15,004 nucleotides of DNA from Octopus sinensis. Taxonomy: Eukaryota. Below the pieces are notes generated by a model. It did no database searches. It was not told where the DNA came from and worked only from the letters and a program-made list of their open reading frames with translations. The DNA lies in NCBI RefSeq assembly GCF_006345805.1, contig NW_021825589.1:1-15004 (forward strand), read 5' to 3'. A program made the translations under genes and the position numbers. Positions within the stretch are counted from its first letter, which is position 1. Every line of letters starts with the position of its first letter. Of the stretch, positions 1 through 8,735 are shown in pieces.

Positions 1-344
1 ATCAGACGTTATAACGTTTCTTTCCTTCTCACCCTTCTTTCCTATCTCTATGTCTGTCTGTCTTTCTGTCTATATATGCGAGCATATTTGTCTTTATGTG
101 CATTGTAATGTCTTTCTCTACTCTCAAGGCTCTCTCTCCCGCTCTCCCCCTCCTTCACACTTTCTATTTGAGTGTGTATTCTTCTTTGCGCGCGCGTGTA
201 TTTGTCTCCAGCACTAAAGAACGATTCTCACAAAAACAGTGTGAATATCCTTTCAGCCAAATCGTCAGCACCCACACAGCTGCGCCTACTCTTTTGATTC
301 CGTGATGAAATACCCAATGAAATACAAATTACCTTATAAATATT

Positions 345-502
345 GATTTAAAATTTTGGCACAAGGCCAGCAATTTGGAGGAAGTGGATAAGTCGATTAC
401 ATCAACAATTTTGTCGATTACATCAACAATTTTGTCTAAAGATAGACAAAATACTGCTAAGCATTTTGCCCGACCTGCTAACGATTCCGCCAGCTCGCCG
501 CC
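345..502 (-). mobile_element. SINE-A copy (tRNA-derived), internally deleted, with a 21-bp internal tandem duplication
   Basis: Minus strand starts GGCGGCGAGCTGGCGGAATCGTTAGC at 502, matching the head at 7445. It ends ...GGCCTTGTGCC like the copy at 8421. The B-box core is missing and gtcgattacatcaacaatttt is duplicated (392-412, 413-433). Confidence 0.85.
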
Positions 503-523
503 TTAAACTACTTTATAAATATT

Positions 524-745
524 GATTTCAAATTTAGGCACAAGGCCAGCAACTTCGGAGGAGGAGCTAAGTCGATTACATTGACCGACCCCCCCCCCAG
601 TACTCAGCTAGTACTATTTTGTCGACCCCCAAAGGGATGAAAGGTAAAATGGACCTTGGTGGAACTTGAAGTCAGAACGTGAAGACGGGCGAAACGCCAG
701 AAAGCATTTTGCCCGGCGTGTTAATGACTCTGGCAGCTGGCCGCC
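524..745 (-). mobile_element. SINE-A copy, near full length, diverged
   Basis: The reverse complement aligns by eye to head, B-box region (GACTTCAAGTTCC), CTTTCATCCCTTTGGGGGTCGA core and GGCCTTGTGCC tail of the copies at 7445 and 8421. Confidence 0.88.
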
Positions 746-1244
746 TTGTAATACTTCATAAATATTAACATCATTCACCACCCATGTATTTGTCTTTAAC
801 ATGCGTGAACGAACCTCTCTTTAAAATTGCGCCTGTAAAATGCATGAACCTTAAATGAATTTTGGAACAAAATGTTATGTTGGACATTAATGAAGTTTTT
901 AAGATGAAGATCTCCAGCATAGTGGAGGAAATATTCAATTGATCATACATTGATGCCTGGAATTTAACAACTGCAATTCGTTTCGGTTGATGCTCTTACT
1001 GGTGATTATTACTTTCTAGGATTAAGCTGCTCTTGTTTATTGAATTAATTATATATTTTTCACAGACTCTCTTAATTAGGAAGTTACCGCTCAACAGCGT
1101 AGTGACTGCACGTTGTAAAGACTACACGTTTCATTAATATCCGATTGGTTGGCCTAATACAAATATCAGTAACTTTTTTTTATGGAATAACCCACTCGAC
1201 ACTTTTTAACAGTCTTCCATTGTTCGCTTGCATTTTATTACATT

Positions 1245-1390
1245 ATATATCTTACGTTGGCCTGCTCGCTCAGCCAGCGGGGTGGCGTCATTTGAAGGCT
1301 AAAACAATGCGAAGCACATTGTGACCAGCGATGTGTAGCAATATCTGATAGCCTGGTCGGTCACGGTGATCACGGTGATATATCTTACGT
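1245..1390 (+). mobile_element. 120-bp retroposed insertion (likely the 3' end of a SINE or LINE) with a 13-bp TSD
   Basis: Exact direct repeat ATATATCTTACGT at 1245-1257 and 1378-1390 flanks a GC-richer insert ending in (CACGGTGAT)x2. Confidence 0.8.
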
Positions 1391-2040
1391 ATAAAATTCT
1401 CCTCGCATTTCCCCCATTTCTCTTGCCAAAAAATAAAAGGTAAGTCAGAAGACCATGCTTGGTCAGATTTGCTTATTCACCTACTGCTGGATCCATCCAC
1501 CACTCCCTGAAAACATTGTAGCCAAAATATGACGTGTGACATTGGCTATGCTAGATTTTGCAAAGCAATTTATTGTAAAATGCTTCGCATTGACTTAAGA
1601 TTTCACACTAATTTGGTGCAATAAAACAGCTGAAGAATGAGCAGAAATAAATACCTTAAAATTTGCAATATTTTTCGATATTTTTGAAGACAAATATTTT
1701 CTATATTTTCGAAATGGTGTAGATCTGGAAGAAATTGTACTAAAATCGATATGTGGTCGAAATTTAACCCTTTTAACATATCTTTACTTTTAACATATTT
1801 TTCTGGGCATTCTGAATACTTTTGAAAGCTTGCTTTCGTTTAACGTTCGTGAGAATAGTCCACCAAACAGCATCAAATGCTCAAATACCAGCAACTAAAC
1901 TGAAACATTTTTGGACAGGATCCGACACCCACAAAGAATATCCCAGTGATCCACTTATAGGATGTAGTTCACTTGTTGTCGAATTCTGGTTTAACTTTTA
2001 TGTAGCAGACATAACATCACTATATGCTCTTTGTGTGTCA

Positions 2041-2167
2041 TTAGCCAAATTCCCTTTTCTGCAAGTATTCAGACTCCAACCCTTCCACCCAACCCGCTTT
2101 TTTGTAGACATTGATTTGATCAAACAACGTATCGGCTACATCAATCTTCACTAGTCTTGAGGCGGGC
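2041..2167 (-). CDS. Putative terminal coding exon of an unidentified spliced gene
   Basis: Acceptor ttttccttgtttgacatttatAG. Phase-2 start gives PASRLVKIDVADTLFDQINVYKKAGWVEGLESEYLQKREFG then TAA TGA. AATAAA lies downstream on the minus strand at 1569-1574. No homology recognised. Confidence 0.42.
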
Positions 2168-2853
2168 CTATAAATGTCAAACAAGGAAAACCTAACATCA
2201 ATAATTTCATATTAGAATTTCACGAAATTTATAAAGGAATTTTGGCGTTATGCTATTTTATACATTTTAAGTTGTATAAAAGCAAAAAAAAAAAAAAAAT
2301 GGTGAGAGGAAAAAACGAAAAAATCAGACCAAAAGAACAAACCAAATCAGCCTCTGCAATCCCCATCAACTCTCTCTTTATTTTGTATCTTGTAAAGAAA
2401 TTAAAAGCCCTTCGTTCTACTGTAAACATAACTTTAATATTATTTTAAGCATTACCGTTTCATTGTCTTTATTTGTAAACAATGTGACATAATTGAATTT
2501 TGTAAACGATTATTAAATTAAATGTTTTGTAAAAAAACATACATAAATTGTATTAATAGCACAAAAATACCTAAAATAAAAAGTATTAAGTTGTAAATAG
2601 TTTTGTCTTGTATTTTAAATGTTTAAAAAATCGTAGTTAACTTTTAAGTTTATGGGAAAAATTTTAGCTACAATAGTGAAATCTCGAAATTTGTAAACAA
2701 ATTTTAATGTCATGAATACTTCTCTTTCCACCCTTCCTCCACACTTCTCATAAAATTGTTTTGTACTGTAAAAAAGACAAAAAACAATCAAACAAACAAC
2801 AAAAGCAAAATACAAAAAGCAAGGATAAAAGATGGAAAGTAATCCCTTTATAC

Positions 2854-2921
2854 ATCCTGTATTCTGATAGTGAATCTTTCAGAGGTTGTCCTCTGTTTTC
2901 ATTTTTCCAAATGATATTCCA
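2854..2921 (-). CDS. Putative internal exon of the same gene
   Basis: tttgcacAG / WNIIWKNENRGQPLKDSLSEYR+at / GTATAA. Phase 0 to 2, compatible with both neighbours. The donor is weak. Confidence 0.4.
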
Positions 2922-2986
2922 CTGTGCAAAGTTGTACTAAGCGTGTATTGTTACATTACTGTCGACGAATTTGTCTGGAAACTTAC

Positions 2987-3050
2987 ATTCCCACCACCTA
3001 CCGTCCATTGATAGTAATTCTGTGAAGTGTCCACGTTAAGGCAGCAAGTA
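2987..3050 (-). CDS. Putative internal exon of the same gene
   Basis: ttcctgtAG / t+TCCLNVDTSQNYYQWTVGGGN / GTAAGT (consensus donor). Phase 2 to 0. The downstream intron is only 65 nt. Confidence 0.42.
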
Positions 3051-3142
3051 CTACAGGAATTGTTAGTTCATAATATGCAATAACGTGATGCATTTGCACA
3101 ATTCTTCTATCATAAACTACAAACTGAGTTCATTATATATTG

Positions 3143-3194
3143 ATCGGTTAATGATTGATTATGAAGGAATCGGTTAATGATTAGTTATGAAAGC
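3143..3194. repeat. 26-bp tandem duplication
   Basis: atcggttaatgattgattatgaagga followed by atcggttaatgattagttatgaaagc. Confidence 0.85.
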
Positions 3195-3364
3195 TGGTTA
3201 TTCAGGCAGAATGATACGCACTGTCGGCAATGAGCTTGTGCTGCCGAACCAGCTAGTTACATTTGCGGTCGAAAATGAAATTTTAACTTTTCAAAGGTTC
3301 TACTTAGTGTACGGATGGATGGTGGAATTTGTTTGGTGTAATTGTTAAAATATTGATTTCTCAC

Positions 3365-3468
3365 ACCGGCACATGACCACATATTTGTAGAGAAAGAAAT
3401 TTGGCACAAGTTTGATTCCATTCTGATACATGCCCCCATAATTGTCTATCTTTCAAAAATTTATTTAC
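3365..3468 (-). CDS. Putative internal exon of the same gene (may begin at 3519)
   Basis: tatcacAG / VNKFLKDRQLWGHVSEWNQTCAKFLSLQICGHVP+gt / GTGAGA. Phase 0 to 2. The frame is open back to 3519 (FLNSNTTNMDSCYYISQ). Other frames here are also partly open, so the frame choice is uncertain. Confidence 0.35.
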
Positions 3469-3592
3469 CTGTGATATGTAATAGCAAGAGTCCATGTTGG
3501 TGGTATTTGAATTCAAAAACTAGTAGGTATCTAAGCATGAATGTGCTAGCTATTGACAGATGAATAGATAAATTGATAGATAGATATACAGT

Positions 3593-3745
3593 TGGCATCT
3601 TGGGCAAGTGTCTTCTACTATAAGCCTCGGGCCGACCAAAGCCTTGTGTGTGGATTTGGTAGATGGTAACTGAAAGAAGCCCGTCGTATATATGTATATA
3701 TTAAATAGTGTTATGTATATATGTATATAATATATATTATATATA

Positions 3746-3789
<44 letters not shown>

Positions 3790-4025
3790 ATTTATATATG
3801 TGTGTGGTGTGTGTGTGTGGTGTGTGGTGTGGTGTGTGTGTGTCCTAGCATTGCTTGACAACCGATGCTGGTGTGTTTAAGTCCCCGTCACCTAGCGGTT
3901 CGGCAAAAGTGACCGATAGAATAAGTACTAGGCTTACAAAGAATAAGTCCCGGGGTCGATTTGCTCGACTATAGGCGGTGCTACAGCATGGCCGCTGTCA
4001 AATGACTGAAACAAATAAAAGAGAA
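3593..4025 (+). mobile_element. SINE-B copy, 5'-truncated, with an expanded internal (TA)n/(TG)n tract
   Basis: TTGGGCAAGTGTCTTCTACTATA...GAAAGAAGCCCGTCG, microsatellite, ...CAGCATGGCCGCTGTCAAATGACTGAAACA. Matches the reverse complements of 11414-11837 and 12972-13308. Confidence 0.92.
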
Positions 4026-4097
4026 AGAGAGAGAGAGAGAGAGTTAGATAAGTAAATAAATAAGCAGATTGATAGACAGACAGATAAATAGGTTGAA

Positions 4098-4132
<35 letters not shown>

Positions 4133-4160
4133 TAGATAGATAGATTAGATAGATAGATAG

Positions 4161-4199
<39 letters not shown>

Positions 4200-4200
4200 G

Positions 4201-4231
<31 letters not shown>
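4021..4231. repeat. Compound microsatellite (GA)n, (TA)n, (GATA)n
   Basis: Directly visible. Confidence 0.95.
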
Positions 4232-4233
<2 letters not shown>

Positions 4234-4336
4234 TCAGGAAGCGAGAAAAAAATCGCCGTTATATTTACTGAGAAACTTGCAGAAAGGAGGAGAGTCAAGT
4301 TGAGGATTTATAAAGAAGAAAAACAAATAAATTGAG

Positions 4337-4339
<3 letters not shown>

Positions 4340-4384
<45 letters not shown>

Positions 4385-4387
4385 AGA
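4340..4387. repeat. (GA)n microsatellite
   Basis: Directly visible. Confidence 0.95.
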
Positions 4388-4983
4388 TGGTAGGAAGCTG
4401 TTGCTCTTTCGCAAGGTCACTTCATTTGTGGGACGGGGTGATATTGGACTGGGGACAGCAAAATTTCGACAGCAGCGAGAGAACAGCGTTAATAGTGGAT
4501 GCGAAGCAAGAAGGGTCAGCCTGGGAAAGAGAAAGAAGAAAGGAGCGCATCATGAATGTAGAAGGGAGAGGAGAAGGTATGGACGTCAGAAAGTGTGGAG
4601 TGGGGAAGAATAAAAGGGTAGCAATGTTGTCGTAGAATGAAGGGAAGGATTAAGGGGTTCTGGGTTGATGGAGGGGAGGTTTGTTGTACATCCCATCCAC
4701 CTTTGCCCTACTGTTCTCTCTATCCATCCATCCATTCATCCTTCCATCCATCCATATAACATTGTTGACAAGATAGGGAGGGGTTTCCGGGGAGAAGGTG
4801 ACAGTAATTGTAGGGGAGACACGTATATATCACACCATTATCTCTTCACACGTACACCACCATAGTCAAACATTCACCCACCGTCCTCTTTCTAATTCCC
4901 GCTATTCCGACACGTACTTTATTACTAAGCCTACCACTATAGGCAGGTCTATCATAACGAACCAACGATGGAGTACTTACACG

Positions 4984-5265
4984 GTCGCTTAAGCTGCTAG
5001 AAATAGCAACCAAATCTCCCTCAATTGATACATTAGAGTCTTAAAAACGGACTTACACATATACTGGCTCATGTAGCGCGGGGTAGACACTGTCTAAACT
5101 ACAGCGAGAATGCTGTAGCTGACATCCCAATGATCATGTGTCTGCTGTTCCATGAAGGCTGATCTGGGCCTCTACCTTTGGCTCCTACCTTTGGCGCTGA
5201 AAAATTCCTCTGCGCGGTTGCTTGATCTCTCAGAAATGAGCAGGCAAAATTTCCCTCAAATCACA
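4984..5265 (+). repeat. Two degenerate fragments of an interspersed repeat
   Basis: ggtcgcttaagctgctagaaatagcaaccaaatctccctcaa (~4983-5024) resembles ggttgcttgatctctcagaaatgagcaggcaaaatttccctcaa (~5216-5259). A shorter match cagctgctagaaat occurs at ~9467-9480. Confidence 0.5.
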
Positions 5266-5549
5266 TATTATATGAACAGAAGAAAGGTCAGATTAGAAAA
5301 TGTGAACAAAATACTCCTAAATAGATGTGAAAGATATAAATGAAAAATCATCTATTAAATCTGCTCCTTCATCAGGATTAACATGGGGACGATCAACCTA
5401 TCAACATCACTCGACAAACGGTCCTCTCATCTTATTTCAGTTTCATCACAGTTACTGGTTTTCAAATTCTATGTGTTTTCTATAATTGAATATAATAATT
5501 TTTTTTTTAACTCAATCACAAAGCCAGAAATTTTGGGAGGCCTGAATAG

Positions 5550-5700
5550 CCGATTATATTCATCTAGTACTTAACTGATGTTTTATTTCATCGGCGCTAA
5601 AAGATGTAAAGCAAAACTGAATAAGCAGGATTTGAACTCAAAACATATAGAGCATGGCCGCATTCAAATGACTGAAACGTATAAAAGAATAACGAATAAA
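5550..5700. mobile_element. Decayed SINE-A core (minus) joined to a SINE-B 3' end (plus)
   Basis: The reverse complement of ~5578-5650 (GTTTTGAGTTCAAATCCTGC...TTTGCTTTACATC...GATGAAATAAA) resembles the SINE-A core. 5651-5690 AGCATGGCCGCATTCAAATGACTGAAAC matches the SINE-B end. Confidence 0.6.
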
Positions 5701-5740
5701 ATAATATATATTATTTACACACACGCAAGCATTACACTCT

Positions 5741-5770
5741 TGTATGTATGTATGTATGTATGTATGTATA
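5741..5770. repeat. (TATG)n microsatellite
   Basis: Directly visible. Confidence 0.9.
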
Positions 5771-6197
5771 TTGGCGGTAAAGTTGTTGAAAAAGAATGTA
5801 AACAACGTCACCAGTACAAACAGAAAGGCAACATGTTTACGGTTATCAAATTTAACAAATAAATTATCATTTTCACATTAGTGACTACCAGGATTCATAA
5901 TTATACTGTTTTATGGTATATTTCGTTGCTATAAAACAGCACTGCTTTGAATTTTTGAAGTCTTTCCAGAATTCCCGAGATGTCGAGTAAATAATACTTC
6001 ATGAAGAAATGAGAGAGCTCAAAATTACTAACACTAATTAAGATGACTTAATTGCTGTTTTATACTATATTTTATAAACAATAAAATAATACTTCAGAAT
6101 TTTTATGAGTCATTCGAGAAGTTAGCATGCCGTTTCTATGTGCTTACTCCTTGTATCGTACCGGATGTGGCTGCCTACATAACATCTGACATTACGT

Positions 6198-6217
6198 GTA
6201 TATATATATATTATATA

Positions 6218-6262
<45 letters not shown>

Positions 6263-6379
6263 TATATATATATAAATGCGTGTGTATGTACATATACACA
6301 CACATACACACATACATATATATTTATATATATACACAACACATTTATCTATCAATATGTGCATTATCAATTTCTCTTT

Positions 6380-6459
<80 letters not shown>

Positions 6460-6462
6460 ATT
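6198..6462. repeat. Compound microsatellite (TA)n/(CA)n then (TATC)n
   Basis: Directly visible. Confidence 0.95.
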
Positions 6463-6553
6463 ATACACAAATGCTGATACAGAAGCTAGTACGGCCATTA
6501 TACGATACTACTTTGAAGTATACTTATCTTCCTCTCATTTTCTGTATACTCCT

Positions 6554-6593
6554 CTCCTCCTTTTCTTGCTCCTCCTTTTCTTGCTCCTCCTTT
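6554..6593. repeat. 15-bp minisatellite, about 2.7 copies
   Basis: ctcctccttttcttg at 6554 and 6569, partial copy at 6584. Confidence 0.85.
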
Positions 6594-6671
6594 CCCTCCC
6601 CGCTATTCCCATTTTTCCAGTACTCTCCTTATTAGAAAACTACTTACTATTTCCCTTATATGAATCTAGTT

Positions 6672-7026
6672 GTATGTGCATGTGTGCATGTGTGCATGCA
6701 TGCATGTATGTATGTATGTATGTATGTACGTATGTATGTATGTTGTATGTATGTATGTATGTATGTATGTATGTATGTATGGATGGATGATGGATGTTTG
6801 TACGTACGTATATACGTACGTAGGTATGTATGTGTATATGTATGTATGCATGCATGTATGTATGTATTTATGTATGTATCTCCTTGTATGTCTCTACTAT
6901 TTTTTATTATGTATGCAATGTATGTGTATATATATATGTGTGTGTATATATATATATATAATATATATATATATATATAATATATATATATATGTGTGTG
7001 TGGTGTGTATGTATGTATGTATGTAT
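6672..7026. repeat. Compound microsatellite (TATG/CATG/TACG)n and (TA)n
   Basis: Directly visible. Confidence 0.95.
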
Positions 7027-7320
7027 GCGCGTTTGCTATTCATGATAGTTATCACATTTGGGCGAAGTCAGTCAGTAGCGATACAGTAGCGAGTCTCCTT
7101 CATGATTTATAGTGTTAAATTTATTGCTTTACAAATTTATTGCCATAACATTAAATTGCAGTCGACTCTGACCTTCCGGTTTTCCAAGGGCGGTAAAAGC
7201 ACTCGCCACCTAGATTTTCTCATGTCACGGAGAAGGATGTGGATTGATCATCAAGTGAGAGAACTAGTTTGCGGATCAGGAAACATTCTACTTCAGAGAT
7301 TTCATTGAAAAGTGACCTAC

Positions 7321-7394
7321 CTTCTCCATTTTGACAAATCTTCTGACATCTTGACTGATCGGATTGCTAATTGGAACACTTGGGGAACCAACAG
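7321..7394 (-). CDS. Candidate upstream exon
   Basis: ttcaAG / ct+VGSPSVPISNPISQDVRRFVKMEK / GTAGGT (AAG|GTAGGT donor). Phase 1 to 0. A second frame is also open. Confidence 0.22.
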
Positions 7395-7444
7395 CTTGAA
7401 CGATGACAATAATAATAATAGTAATATTATCATTACCGATTAAA

Positions 7445-8400
7445 GGCGGCGAGCTGGCAGAAACGTTAGCACGCTGAGCGAAATGCTTAACGGTATTTCG
7501 TCTGCTGCTACGGTCTGAGTTCAAATTCCGCCGAGGTCGACTTTGCCTTTCTTCCTTTCGGGGTCGATTAAATAAGTACCAGTTACGCACTGGGGTCGAT
7601 ATAATCGACTTAATCCGTTTGTCTGTCCTTGTTTGTCCTCTCTATGTTTAGCCCCTTGTGGGTAATAAAGAAATAGGTATTTCGTCTGTCTTTACGTTCT
7701 GAGTTCAAATTCTGCCGAGGTCGACTTTGCCTTTCATCCTTTCGGGGTCGATTAAATAAGTACCAGTTACACACTGGGGTCGATATAATCGACTTAATCC
7801 GTTTGTCTGTCCTTGTTTGTCCTCTCTGTGTTTAGCCCCTTGTGGGTAGTAAAGTAATAGGTATTTCGTTTGTCTTTACGTTCTGAGTTCAAATTCCTCC
7901 GAGCTCGACTTTGCTTTCATCCTTTCGGGGTTGATTAAATAAGTACCAGTTACGCACTGGGGTCGATATAATCGACTTAATCTGTTTGTCTGTCCTTGTT
8001 TGGGCTCTCTGTGTTTAGCCCCTTGTGGGTAATAAAGAAATAGAAATAAGTATTTCGTCTGTCTTTACGTTCTGAGTTCAAATTCCGCCGAGGTCGACTT
8101 TGCCTTTCATCCTTTCGGGGTCCATTAAATAAGTACCAGTTACACACTGGGGTCTATATAATCGATTTAATCCGTTTGTCTGTCCTTGTTTGTCCTCTCT
8201 GTGTTTAGCCCCCTGTGGGTAGTAAAGAAATAGGTATTTCGTCTACCGCTACAGTTTAAGTTCAAATTTTGCCGAGGTCGACTTTGCCTTTCATCCTTTC
8301 GGGGTCGATTAAATAAGTACCAGTTACGCAGTGGGGTTGACGTAATCGACTTAATCCCTTCCCCCAGATTTGAGGCCTTGAACTTCCAATAGAATGAATT
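7445..8400 (+). mobile_element. SINE-A with an internal 184-bp tandem array (4 full units plus a terminal core and tail)
   Basis: Head GGCGGCGAGCTGGCAG at 7445. Units start at 7492, 7676, 7860, 8049 and 8233 (periods 184, 184, 189, 184). The last unit exits into the SINE tail (...GAGGCCTTG) and (ATT)n. Confidence 0.93.
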
Positions 8401-8420
8401 ACTATTATTATTATTATTAA

Positions 8421-8616
8421 GGTGGCGCGCTGACAGAATTTTTAGCACACCCGGCGAAATGCTAAATGGTATTTAATCTGTCGCTATGTTCTAAGTTCAA
8501 ATTCCGCTGAAGGATTTTTGGCGTCGACAAATTAAGTACCAGTGAAACACTGGGGTCGATGTAATCGACTAGTTACCTCTTCCCAAATTTCAGGCCTTGT
8601 GCCTTTAACAGAAAGG
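8421..8616 (+). mobile_element. SINE-A monomer, diverged, with a core deletion
   Basis: GGTGGCGCGCTGACAG head, AAGTTCAAATTCC B box (8493-8505), GGGGTCGATGTAATCGAC and GGCCTTGTGCC tail. Confidence 0.88.
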
Positions 8617-8647
8617 ATTGTTGTTGTTGTTGTTTTTGTTGTTGTTG

Positions 8648-8695
<48 letters not shown>

Positions 8696-8735
8696 TATTA
8701 TTATTATTATTATTGTTGTTGTTGTTGTTGTTGTT
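8617..8735. repeat. (GTT)n-(ATT)n-(GTT)n microsatellite
   Basis: Directly visible. Confidence 0.95.

Noticed and set aside
1-25. Minus strand GAAACGTTATAACGTC resembles hammerhead stem III plus a GUC cleavage site
   Set aside because: No CUGAUGA or stem II upstream on that strand and no room for stem I. It is cut by the window edge.
1822-2154. 110-aa plus-strand ORF
   Set aside because: Starts at TTG, has no recognisable motif or convincing splice borders, and is in exact antisense register with the putative minus exon, so it is likely a shadow ORF.
3257-3439. Listed 60-aa minus ORF as the exon frame
   Set aside because: A phase-compatible alternative exists, but its splice sites are weaker than those of the VNKFL frame. 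Not excluded without RNA data.
4332-4635. Purine-rich ORFs of 93 and 82 aa
   Set aside because: They arise from the (GA)n tract and low-complexity purine-rich sequence, with no domain similarity.
5906-5939. Hairpin ctgttttat...ataaaacag
   Set aside because: A 9-bp AT-rich stem is expected by chance in this composition.
6122-7089. Cluster of 60-143 aa ORFs (YI, YLSI, MYVC repeats)
   Set aside because: Translations of microsatellites. The same applies to ORFs at 3550-4298, 8542-8845, 10793-11225, 12309-12575 and 13298-13552.
7492-8400. Regular array considered as CRISPR or as a hammerhead retrozyme
   Set aside because: Units are wholly repeated with no unique spacers and no cas genes in a eukaryotic context. 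No CUGANGA...GAAA core is found on either strand.
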